The translations under genes were made by a program, and so were the position numbers. Under the pieces are notes generated by a model. The model saw only the letters and a list, made by a program, of their open reading frames with translations. It ran no database searches and was not told where the DNA came from. From Felis catus (lineage: Eukaryota), in NCBI RefSeq assembly GCF_018350175.1, contig NC_058369.1:13208001-13272000 (forward strand): a DNA stretch of 64,000 nucleotides, in the 5' to 3' direction. How positions within the stretch are numbered: the stretch's first letter is position 1; each line of letters opens with the position of its first letter. Shown piece by piece: positions 1-11,800 of the stretch.

Positions 1-59
1 CAGACTTTAAAATCCTTAAAACGATAGGTTATATGTTTTTTGTGTTTTGCCACAACGTT

Positions 60-395
60 AAAAAATGGTACCCAAGAATACTCCAGAGCCATGAAAAGGA
101 CCAACGCCAGCTTCTCACCGTAACATGGGGAAACAAGGGAAGCCAGATCCAAGAACACATACCCCCTGAGATCCCCTTTAATGTGAAGTTCGAAACCAGG
201 TAAAACTCACCTATCATGACAGAGGTCGGGGCAGGGGAGGGGAGAATCAACTGGAGAGCCCCAAGAACTACCAGGAGCTGGGAATGTCCTAGATCCTGAC
301 TGGAGTGTCATTGCCCTTGTCCACCTCCCCGTTTAACATTTGTGAACTTGACCATGTGTATGTTAAGCCTCAAGAAAAAAAAATGTTAAAAAGAG
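60..395 (+). mobile_element. Old L1 (L1M-type) 3' end fragment
   Basis: Resembles an L1M 3' UTR ending in an A-rich tail at ~372-395; diverged, boundaries approximate. Confidence 0.5.
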
Positions 396-2149
396 AAAAG
401 AATTGCCAGGATGAGAAGACAAGAATGTCCATCAGTCCTGAGGGCTAAGGGTTCCATTTTCCCCACAAATGCTATTATCTGATCCCTCTAGGGACGGATG
501 ACCTAGAAACAGGCCTGGAGCTGGGTGGGGACAAAGGCAGGAGGGCAGTGACCTTAGTCTTGTGTCTGGGATTTCAGAAATGATCCCCAGATGCTTCATC
601 TCTGGGGAGTTGCTTCCCACATTCCCCATACGAGGGTCCCCAGTCTGGATGACATCATGAGACAGGAAATCGTCAGGACTCCAGAACACTCAGAACACCA
701 GCCCCCAGAGTCCTTGGAGAGGACCTTTCCTCCCAAATCAGACACCCTGGTGAAGACACATTCTCACACTTCAGGGCCCTTTAAGACAAACTAGAATTAA
801 TTAGCAACAAGGATAACTCACAGCCTTGGGCAGAAGGAAGAGCATAGACTTCAGTCAGAAGGTCCTGGGTTCAAGTCCTAACTTAATCACTACACGTGAA
901 GGAATAAATGAATGGTGGAGAGATGGGCTTTTCATCCCCATTCCACAAGGCTTTATGATGCATTTCCAGGATGTTCAGCCTTGTCCTACAAAAGGCTGGG
1001 GGTCCAGAGAGGCCTCTGCCTGGCCTGGCCTCCAACGAGCTCCCAGCCTAGTAGGGGAGACGGAGCCTGACAGAGACACTCCCATTCCTATTATTGCTCA
1101 AAGCAATAATACAATAAATCACAGGCAGCCAGGACACAGGGGAGGCAGCTAAGAAGGAGGGACTAGGGTAGAGGAAGTATGCTAGGGCCAAAAGAGAGAG
1201 AGGAAGTGGAGTACTAGAACATTAGACAGCACGTGGCCAGTGACTGTTACACACTGACCAGGGAGGAAGCTGGGCTGAACGACCCCAGATAATGAAGGGC
1301 AGCAGAAGGCCAATCCTGCTTCCCAGGCCTTTTCACTTCTGTCTTGATTTGTTTTGTATACCTCCAGAGATGGAGGCCTCAGTGCCAAGAGAGACGGCCC
1401 AGCCCTCCCTGGGCACAGGCAACTGTCAGAAAGTTTGGTGCAACATGATTTTTTTTTTTTAAAGCAGTGACCACCATAGTTAAAAGGGCTGGGTGCGATT
1501 GTTTGGGGAGGAAGGGTTACTACCGACGTGAGGCAGGCAGTCGGCACCTGCTGCAGACTGGATTTAAAATCAGACTCCCTTGGATTCAGCTCTCTGCTCT
1601 CTACTTAAGGGGCTCATGACTTCATCTCTGCAAGCCTGCTTCTTCTCTGAAACGACCATGATAACATCACCTACCTCATAGGTTTATTCATTGAGCTAAT
1701 GGAGTAAAATGCCTGACACATAGGTGCAAGCGTGTTCCCCTGCGCCAGGGCCCAGAGTGCTCTGGAATGTGTCCCAACCACAAATGTACTTTCCTACCTC
1801 TAAAGCGGTGCACATGCTCTAACTTGCCTCAAATGCTCTTGCCCCACCACTCATACCTAGCAAACTCCTACGCATTCCTTAAAGCCCTAGCTGTAAGATA
1901 CCGCTCTTTTCTCTGTTCAAGCCCTGACCCAGGGACCTAGGGGCATGTGGGCCTGGTTCTCACTGGGCCCACTCTTACGTGCTGAGTTCCCTGAGAACAC
2001 GTGGTGGGCATGCAGTCAAAGCTTCTTGAATGAACGAATGGATGGATGGACGAATGAATGAATGATCATTTGGGAAGGGTGGTCAAAGCGGAGGCCCAAG
2101 AGCCTGTCAACCACTTCGGTGCCCACGTCCCCAGCTCCCAAGACCTGAA

Positions 2150-2800
2150 GGGGCCAGCGGTGGCACACGAGGGGCGAGGGGGCTTCCGGGCGGGGTCTTC
2201 AGGTCTTCCGGTACGGCCCCTTTAAGGGGCGGGGCCAGTGGGGTGGGCGCTCGGAGCGTCAGTGCGGCGCGAAGATGGCGGCGGCGGCGGCGGGCCCCGG
2301 GGCGACCCAGGCACCGAGCTCGCTGCTGCTCGTGGTGGGCGGCGAGTGCGGGTGCTCGGGGCTGCTTGCTTATGTGCTGGAGGAGCTCGAACGAGGTCGG
2401 GTTGGCCTGGGGCCACGGGGTGCGAGAGGCGGGCGCTGCCGCGCGTCTCGGCCCGGGGGGGGGGGGGGGCGGCCGGGCTGGGGGCGGGGAGGCGATGGGC
2501 GGCGGCGGGATCCTGGGGGCCCAGAGGCTCGGTCTTCCTCACGGTTAGGCTTACGGCGCGGGCAGAAGCCTTGGGCGCGCACGGAGGAAGCGGTACCCGG
2601 GCCTGGATTGGGCTGCCTCGCCCCGCCCCGCCTCGGGTGTAGCCCGGGGACGGGACCGGGGCCCGGGCTTTGGGACCCGCGCGATTGGGCAACACGGGCG
2701 ACGGCTCGGCTTCCCGCCCAGTGGGCCCGCCGAGGGGAGGGTGGGGTCGCCTCGAAGCCCCGGGTCATAGCAGCTGGGATGGAGAGACTGGGCCTGGAGC
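2150..2800 (+). promoter_or_regulatory. MAP1S: MAP1S CpG-island promoter
   Basis: CpG-dense; two ETS-like CTTCCGG sites (~2183-2211), GC box GGGGCGGGGC 2226-2235, YY1-like AAGATGGCGGC overlapping the ATG at 2275. Confidence 0.85.
2275..2395 (+). CDS. MAP1S: MAP1S coding exon 1
   Basis: [26 protein letters not shown]...ELERG; donor G|gtcggg. Confidence 0.93.
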
Positions 2801-5800
2801 CCCGGGGCCCACTTTCCGTTGCTCCACTAGGAGCGTGCTAATTGGGGTGTGGGCGGGCGCAGCCTGCCCAAGGGATTTGGCATCTGGGGAGATGAATCAT
2901 GTAGGTGCACCTGCGAGGTTCACCTGCAGCCACTTGGCACAGGCGTCGTGCACCCCACACCGTGTTTGGAGGGCATTCATTCCCCCCCCCCCCCATTCAG
3001 ATGGGCAGGGCCTTCGGTCTGACGCCTGCAAAATGGAAAGGCAGCGCACATCTCGGCGTACTTGGGAATGTCGTCGTCTGTGCCCATGTCCTCCCCCACC
3101 TCCACCCCGCCCCGTGCGCAGGGATAGTGTGGAAACCACAGGTTCAGCTCTGCCCTCACGGTGCTAATAGTCTGATAGGGTGCAGGGTCCAAAATGGGTG
3201 AGGACAAGTTTTAAGCTCCCAGGCGGTCAGGAGTGCTCAGAAGGATGCGGAGCGCTGAGGGCCTAAAGGGTGGGTCGGGAGACAGAGGGAAGGACCTCCT
3301 GAGAGCGGGAAGAGCTGGTGCAAAGGCCAGGAGGTGGGAACATTCCTGGCAGGGCAGAAGGGGCTGTGTGACAGTGGTGGGGGTGGGGAGATGATGGAGG
3401 GGACCAGATGACTGTTCAGGAGGTGGGGGCTCTTTTGTTGATGTTGTGAACCTTCTCTGTGAAATGCCAAATTAACGCTTTGGGTCCCTTGGTGCGGATG
3501 CAGAGAGAACGCCAGAGGCACCTTAGGTGGCTCTGAGTCTCCAGGCTGTTGCGTACAGGGGGCAGGTTGAGGGGAAGGGGCTGGGATGGCTCCCACCTGC
3601 CAGATGGTAGTTAACTGACACATTGCGGGAGCTGGGGAGCCTATTGACTTCCTGCCTCACTTCTCCGGCCACCACCCCCCTTGCCCCCAACAGGCATCCG
3701 GTCCTGGGACATTGACCCTGGCATTTGCAGCCTTGATGAGCAGCTCAAGATTTTCGTGTCCCGGCACTCTGCCACCTTCTCCAGCATCGTGAAAGGTGAG
3801 ACTGGAGACTCCCCATGTCCCAGCCTCTCCCCTTCATTGGGCAAGTGTTCTCTGAGTGCCAGCTGTGTGCCAGGCACGGGGGAGGGTTCGGGTATGGCTG
3901 TAAACAACCACAGTAACAATACAGCCGAGATCTGTCAAGTTGGAGCAGGGCTGGGCCCCGACCAGCACTGCTAACTCCCTTCGTCACCAACTCCACACAT
4001 GGCAGGAACTCGTATTTTTGTCCCCATTTTGCAGATGAGGCAGCTGAGGGGTGGGGGACAGGGAGACCTCCAGGAAGTGGGCTTTTTGGATGAGAGGTGT
4101 CTGGGGGCTGATGTGTCAAGTGGAGGGAAGGGCCCGGGCAAGGTGAGAAGATATTTGGAAAGCGAGGGGCTGCTGAGTGGGCCTGGAGGGTAGAGTGTGG
4201 GCCCCGTGTGGCAGGGACTGTGTATGGTTTGTGGCTGTGACCCCTGTACAGTAGGTGCTCAGTGGATGGGGAGCTGGGAGAGGAGCAAGATTGAGGGAGG
4301 GGTTGGGACGCCTGGGCCAGCCCCACACGGCCCAGGATGACCCACAGAACAGAGCAGCTAGTGGGCGGGTTCCGAGTATCACCGGCAGCCCCTCTTGCCT
4401 CAGCCAGCCTGTTGAGTCACCTCTAGGCCGCTGCAGGAGGGGAAGGAAGTGTCCTTCGCCTCATTGTCCCAGCGGTTCCTGGTGGCTTCCTGACCCCTCG
4501 CAGGATTTGGGGGTGGAAAGGGGCTGGAAATCCCATCGGTTCTGTGTGACCTTGGCGGCCATTTCCTCTCTCTGTGCCTTGGTTTCCCCACCGGAATGGG
4601 GCAATATCCGTACACGATGATAAGCGTGTGATAAACTGATAAAGGTTGACCAGTGCCGAAAGGTCCTTGCCTCTCTAGCCTTAGGCCTGGTGCTCCATTT
4701 CCGAAACCTCTGGGCTCTGAGGGACAGATGAGGGTTCAGATCCCGGAATCATCCCCACTCCCCTCTTCCTGGCCCGTGAGGCCTCCCTGGCCCCATGCTC
4801 CCCCATGCTCCCCTCGCTCTAGCCTCACCCGCCACTTCCTGATCCTCACTTGGAGCCCAGTCCTGCCTCAGAGCCCTTGCCCGTGTTTTGCCCTCCTCCT
4901 GGTGTACCTCATTGGCCCTCCCTGGGCTCAGGCTCCTTACCTGTATGGGGTGACAGTGACGTCCCCCATAGGGCTGACTGCTGTGAATCGGGGCCTGTAA
5001 GCAGGGATGGCCTTGTTGTCACTGTTTCCAATGTGAGGCCTGCCAATGCTGGTTTCCTGTTCTGGCCTCATCCTGACCCGCAGCTCTACCACGTGCCTGT
5101 TGATTCTCAGATGACCCCCTGGCTGGGGTTTCCCGGAAGCAGAGTCCCGGAGGGGCTTGTGACTGCCTGGGGTCACACAGGGAGGCAGGGCTCGACACCG
5201 GGACCGCCTGACCCTGTGCGCGAGGCCCAGCCCCAAACTCACAGAGTCCAATACCCCCACAGGCCAGCGGAGCCTGCACCACCGCGGAGACACCCTGGAG
5301 ACACTGGTCCTCCTGAATCCATCAGACAAGTCCCTGTGCGACGAGGTAGGGAACAGTCATCCGCAGGGGGCAGGCTGTCGGGACCGGCACCATCCCAAGT
5401 CCTGACTTCCCGCGTCCCTGACTTTGTGCTGTTTGAAATTCTCTTGACACTCAGCAGCCTCACCCCCTCCTTCAGGAAGTCTCCCTGGATGGCCTCAGCT
5501 TCAGCTTGTCACCCCCTCGGAGGTGACGGTGGGAGGAACAGGTGAAGTCAGGGAAGACTGGAGTTTGCGAGGAAGGTCTGGAGGCAGGAAGGCAGGACTC
5601 GGCTGACGTTTGCATCTTGTGCCTCTCTCGCTGGCTGGGCCCCCCAGGAGTTGTCTGAATTGACTTTTTTTTTTGTTTTCTTTGTTTGTTTTTTAGTTTA
5701 CTTATTTATTTTGAGAGAGAAAGTGCGTGAGAGCACAGAAGGGGCAGAGAGGGGGAGAGAGAGAATCCCAAGCAGGCTCTGTGCCGTCAGCTAAGACGAA

Positions 5801-8800
5801 GAGTCGGACGCTTAACAGACTGAGCCACCCTGGAGCCCCCGAATTGACTTCCTAATCCTTCTAATTCATGGACATCTTATGCCCTTCTCCTAGTTACCCA
5901 TAGGAAAAATGAACAAGATGAAGCCCAGGACGCCCCTCTAGAGACCCCGGTATAGGTGGATTCCTCTGATCAAAAATGTTCCGTTTTGTTCCCTCGAGGA
6001 GCTCTGAAGGAGATAGAGCCAGACACAGATACACTCTTCTCCATGGCCTTGAGGCTGGGCCAGAGAGAGAGTGGGCTCCAGGGAATCCAGAAAGGGTATG
6101 GTGGGCTTCTAGGAAGAGGAGGCCCCGGAGCCTGGCTTTGTAGGAAGAGCAGCAGGAATTTGTTGGGGGAAGGGTGTTGGGCTCAGCAGGAGGCCCGGAG
6201 GGTACCCTTCCAGCTTCTAGTTGAGTACTGGGGTGGGGACAGGGATTCGGGTGGTTGTATGTAGATTTGGGGCTGGGAGCCGTCTCAAAGCAGGGTGTAG
6301 GCCTTGTCACGGCACAGAGTGGGGCCTTTAACAGTCTCCCCCTTCCTCAGCTCCGGAACCTTCTGCTGGACCCTGCCCCTCATAAGCTGCTGGTATTGGC
6401 TGGGCCCTGCCTGGAAGGGACAGGGGAGCTGCTGCTCCAGACGGGGGGCTTCTCGCCCCGCCACTTCCTCCAGGTCCTAGGGGACAAAGAGGTAAGCCAC
6501 CTCCTCCTCGTCTTGCTTCCCCTGGCTCTGAGTTCGGGCTGTGCGGCCCTAGTGACCTGTCCCTCTCTGCACCCCATCCCTTCCTCTGTGGAGCAGCAGC
6601 GGTGACACATGTCCCTCCCATTGTCGGGCCCCAGTTCCCTCACCCACGACGGTGTGTGGTTTGAGGCTAGGCCTGTAGATCAGCAGACATCCCAGAGACC
6701 TCGAGTGGCACCCCAGCTTCCAGGTCCCAGCTGGGTAGGGTCCTTTCTAAAGTCCTTCGTCCGGGTGTGGCAAATGAACGAAGCCGGCCGATAAACCACC
6801 TTTTTCCATTGTAGAGAGTGAGGTGACGATGGTGAGCTAAGAAGCAGAGGTGGGGAGCATGGAAGGTGTCCCTGGAGGGAGCTGTGCTGTAGAGAACAGC
6901 AAGTGCAAAGGCCTTGGGGCAGGGAGAGTGAGAGGGGAGGGGAGGGGAGGGAAGCAGGTGGTGAGTCAGGAGCATGTGTCTCTGCGACCGTGGGGATGGC
7001 TGAGTTTTGTCGTAATGGTGACGAGGGTCGGCCAAAGGACTCTCCCAGCCCCAGGAATCAAGATGGAGGGGCCCTTGCCCACTATTCCCGAGGTACTGGG
7101 TGTTGCCCGGCTCCAGGGGGCTTCTTAACCGTCACCCCCGCCCCTCTGTAGATCCGGGATCTTCTGGCGTCCACACCCCCACCTGCAGACCTGCCGAAGC
7201 TCACCATCACCTGCCCAACCTTCGGTGACTGGGCCCAGCTGGCACCTGAGGTGCTGGGCCTCCAGGGCGCGCTCCGGGTGCAGTGGAACCCACCCGTGCA
7301 GCTGCCGGCTTCCGAGGGCCTGCGCCAGTTCCTGGAGTACGTGGCTGAGTCGCTGGAGGCCCCGTCTCCCTTTGAGCTGCTCGAGCCGCCAGCGTCCGTG
7401 GGCTTCCTCAGGCTCGCCCGGCCTTGCTGCTACATCTTCCCCGGCGGCCTCGGCGACGCCGCCTTCTTCGCCGTCAATGGCTTCACCGTGCTGGTCAACG
7501 GTGGCTCCAACCCCAAGTCGAGCTTTTGGAAGCTGGTGCGGCACCTGGACCGGGTGGACGCCGTGCTGGTGACCCACGCTGGCGCCGACAGCCTCCCGGG
7601 CCTCAACAGTCTTCTGCGGCGCAAGCTGGCCGAGCGAGATGAGGCGGCGGCCGGCGGGGGCTCCGGGGACGACAGGCTCCGCAGGCTCATCTCCCCCAAC
7701 CTGGGGGTCGTGTTCCTCAACGCCCGCGTGGCCATCTCGCGTCTGGTGAGCGGCGAGGACGAGGCGGAGCTGGCCCTGAGCCTCTTGGCCCGACTAGGCA
7801 TCGCGCCCCTGACTCTGAACCGCGGGCCGCTCCCGGCCGAGCCCACCGTGCTCTTTCAGAAGATGGGCGTGGGCCGGCTGGACATGTATGTGCTGCACCC
7901 GCCCGCGGCTGGTGCTGACCGCTCGTCGGCCTCCGTGTGCGCCCTGCTAGTGTGGCACCCCGCGGGCCCCACCGAGAAGGTGGTGCGCGTGCTGTTCCCC
8001 GGCTGCACACCTCCTGCCCGCCTCCTGGATGGCCTGGTCCGCCTGCAGCACCTGGGGTTCTTGCGAGAGCCTGTGGTGACCCCCCAGGACCTAGTGGGGC
8101 CTCGGCGAGCTGAGAGCAAGGAAAGCGTGGGCTCCCGGGACAGCTTAAGAAGAGAAGGCCGGACAACGGCACCGGCCAGGCCTGCCCCGGAGCGCCCTGT
8201 GGGGGCCCGGAAGGACCCGCCTCGAGTCGAGGCCCCCCGCAGGGCTGAGAAAGAAGCCAGGCTCCCCCGGGAGGTGAAGAAGGACCCCAAGCCAAGCGTC
8301 CCTCGGACCCAGCCCCAGGAGGTGCGCCGGGCAGCCTCCGCTTCGGTCAGCGTGAAGAAGGCGGGTGCCCAGGCCGCCCCCAGGCCCCGCAGGGCACCCA
8401 ATATCCCCCGCCCGGGCGTCCCGCCGGCGGAGAACGGGCCCCACAGCCCCCCCAGCTTCCGCTGTGGAGAGGCCAGCCCGCCGCCGCCAGAGGCCTGCGG
8501 CTCCCCCGCCTCCCAGCTGGTGGCCACCCCCAGCCAGGAGAGCAGCCTGGAGCTGGGGCTGAGCCCGGCCGGGGAGGACGGCGGCACCTTGGAGGAGAAG
8601 ACGCTGGAGCTGCTTTTGGGTGCCAGCACCCCCCGGCCGCGTACACCCTCGCCTACTGGAGCCCACCAGGGCCCGGTGGAGGGCAGCGGGCGGCTGTCGC
8701 TGAGCCCGCTGCGGGGCGGGGAGGCTGGGCCGGATGCCTCGCCCACGGTGACCACACCGTCACTGCCTGCCGAGGTGGGATCCCCGCACTCCACGGAGGT

Positions 8801-11800
8801 GGACGAGTCCCTGTCCGTCTCCTTCGAGCAGGTGCTGCCGCCGCCGCCTGCCACCGCGGGCGAGGCTGGGCTGAGCCTCCCCCTCCGCGGCCCCCGGGTA
8901 CGGCGATCGGCCTCCCCGCACGACGTGGACCTGTGCCTGGTGTCACCCTGTGAGTTTGAGCACCGGAAGGCTGTGCCCGTGGCGCCCGCGCCCGCGTCCC
9001 CGGGCAGCTCTGATAGCAGTGCCCGGTCCCAGGAGCGGGCGGGGGCCCCGGGAGCTGAGGAGACCCCACCCACCTCCGTCAGCGAGTCCCTGCCCACCCT
9101 GTCTGACTCGGACCCCCTGCCTGCCGCCCCCGGCATCGCGGACTCGGATGAAGACATGGAGGGCGCAGGGGTCCCTCGCCGTGACCCGCTGCCCGAGCCC
9201 CTCAAGTTCCCCCCGCCGCTGCCCACCCCACCCAGCATCTGCATGGTGGACCCCGAGGTGCTCCCCCCTGAGCAGGCCCGGCTGACGGAGGGCCACAGCC
9301 GCACCCGGAAGTCCGGGGTTCGCCCTCACCCCAGCACTGCCGCCTCCAAAGCCACTCCCGCGACCACTGCCAAATCCAAGGGACTGGCCGGTGGAGACCG
9401 GGCCGGTCGGCCCCTCGGCACCCGGAGCGAGCCCAGTGACAAGGGAGGTCGGGCACCCCTGTCCAGAAAGTCCTCGGTCCCCAAGACAACCACTCGGGGC
9501 CCATCCGGTAAGTACCCAGGGGCTGGAGTCCTACAGCAGGGTTACCGGCCCAAGTCTTTGTTCCCTGTTTGCTGTGTGGCCTCAGCCACGCCTGCCACCC
9601 TCTCTGGGCATCAGTTTCTCCTACAAAATGGAAGCTCTGGCTCGCTTGTAATTCCGAGGCATTCAAGCAGTGCCACCCGCGGAAGCATCACGTGAGCACA
9701 TCTGTCATCATGAGGTCGCTAGCGCCACAGCGAGTAGAAACGGGTGAAATTAATTTTAATAGTATATTTAACCTGTTTGCGTAGAGATTCCCAAGCCCCC
9801 CACCACCAGGCTCAGTGTTGCAGTCAGGACTCGGGATGCAGTCCTACTCTTGGCTCAGCTGTGTTGGAGCAAAAGGATACAGAACGGAATCGGCAAAGAG
9901 AAGGGGCACTGGGACGGGGCCTCTGGGGGGGGGGGGCAGGCACAGGCTTGTAGAGTCGTCTCCCAGCGTGGTCCCACCGTGTGCTTAATGCCCGAGCAGC
10001 GTGCCCTGGTGACCCATACGAGGTGGTGTCCACCAGGGATGCTCGTTAGAGACTGAGCGCCCAGGGTGTTGCTGGTCGCGTTGGCACCCTCTGCCTGACA
10101 TGTGCCAACATCCCAGACTCCTCAGCAAGGGTGAAGCAGGCGTTCAGCCTGAGCCACGCTGCTGCGGAGCAAACAGGCGCAGTGAGCCACTCTTGTCACT
10201 TAGGGGTGGGAACCTTTCTGAAGTCCAGGCTCCCCAGACTCCAGCCAGGGCCACCCCGTAAGCAGACCTACCTAAGGATAGCAGTTTTAGGTACGCTGCG
10301 GTAACTTTTCTTCCCGGTTTTCCTTAGTTGTGATGAGATCTCTTAACAGGACATTTAGCACCTTAGCCATTGCTAAGCGCACAATTCCGTAGCGTTAAGT
10401 ATGTTCACATTGCTGTGCAACCAGCCCCACCAATTGGTCTCCAGGGCTCCTTTTTCTCTTGCAAAACTGAAACTCTGTCCCCATTAAAAACTAATTCCCA
10501 CTCCTCCTCTCCCAATCCCCGGCACCCTCTGGGTCTGCTTTCTGTTTCTATGAATCTGACTCCTCTCGGGACCTCCTGCAAGTGAAATCATACTATATTT
10601 ATCTTTTGTGACTGGTTTATTTCACTTAGTATCATGTCTCCATGGTCCATTCACGTTGTAGCCTGTGTCATAATTCTCTTCCCCTTTTTTTCGTTTTTAA
10701 GAATTTCCTTCCTTTTTAAGGCTGAATAATACCGTGTTGCACGGATGGACCAAATTTTATTTATCCGTTCATCCACTGATGGACTCTTGGGTTACTTCTG
10801 CCTTTTGGCTACTGTTGAATAATGCTGGTATGAACATGACTGGACAGATATCTCATGGAGACCTTACTTTCAACTCTTTGGGGTATATTCGCAGAAGTGG
10901 GATTGCTGGATCACACAGTAATTCCATTTTTGAGTTTTTAAGGAACCACTGTGCTGTTTTCGACAATGGCTGCACCGTTTTACATTAATGCCACCAGCCG
11001 TGCAAAGAAGGTTCCAGTTTCTCCACATCCTCACCAGCACTTGTTATTTTTTTGAGTAGCTACCTGATGAGTGTGAGGTGACACCTCATGGTGGTTTTGA
11101 TTTACATTTCCCGAATTAATGATGTTGAGCATCTTTTCGTGTGCTGTTGGCCATTTGTATACCTTTTTTGGAGAAATGTCTGTTCAGGTCTTTTGCCCCT
11201 TTTTGAATAGGGTAGTCTTTTTGTTGTTGGGTTATGAGAGTTCTGTATATATTGTGGATATTAACCCTTTGTCAGGTATATGATCTGCAAATATTTTTTT
11301 CCCATTTCTGTGGGGTTGCCTTTTTATTCTGTTGATCGTGTTCTTCGCACAGAAGTTTGTAATCGTCGTAAAATCCAGTTCGGCTTTTTTTTCTGCCTGT
11401 GCTCTTGTTGTCACATCCAAAAAATCATTGCTAAATCCAGTCGGGTGAAGCTTTTGCTTTGTTCTAAGAGTTTTATGGTTTTAGCTCTCACATTTTGTTC
11501 CAGGATAAATTGAGTTAATTTTTGTCTGTGGTGCTGAATAAGGGTTCAATTTCATTGTTTTGTACGTAGACCTCCGATTTTCCCAGCACCATTGGTTGAA
11601 AAGACGGTCCTTTCTCCTCTGATGGTCTCGGCATCATTGTCAGAAATCATCTCATCACATACGTGAGGGTTTATTTCCGGGCTTTCTGTTCCATTGGCCT
11701 ATCATGTGTCTGTCTTTTTTTTTTTTTTTTTTAATGTTTATTTACTTTTTAGAGAGAAAGAGGAAGGGCCAGAGAGAGAGGGAGACACAGAATCCAAAAC

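Noticed and set aside
7856..9304. 482-aa antisense ORF, plus other overlapping ORFs within MAP1S exon 5
   Set aside because: Shadow of a very GC-rich coding exon; low complexity, no recognisable domain, and no promoter or poly(A) support
9508..9695. Read-through of the exon 5 ORF into intron 5 as an alternative C-terminus
   Set aside because: Strong gtaagt donor, MIR-like sequence in the extension and no nearby AATAAA
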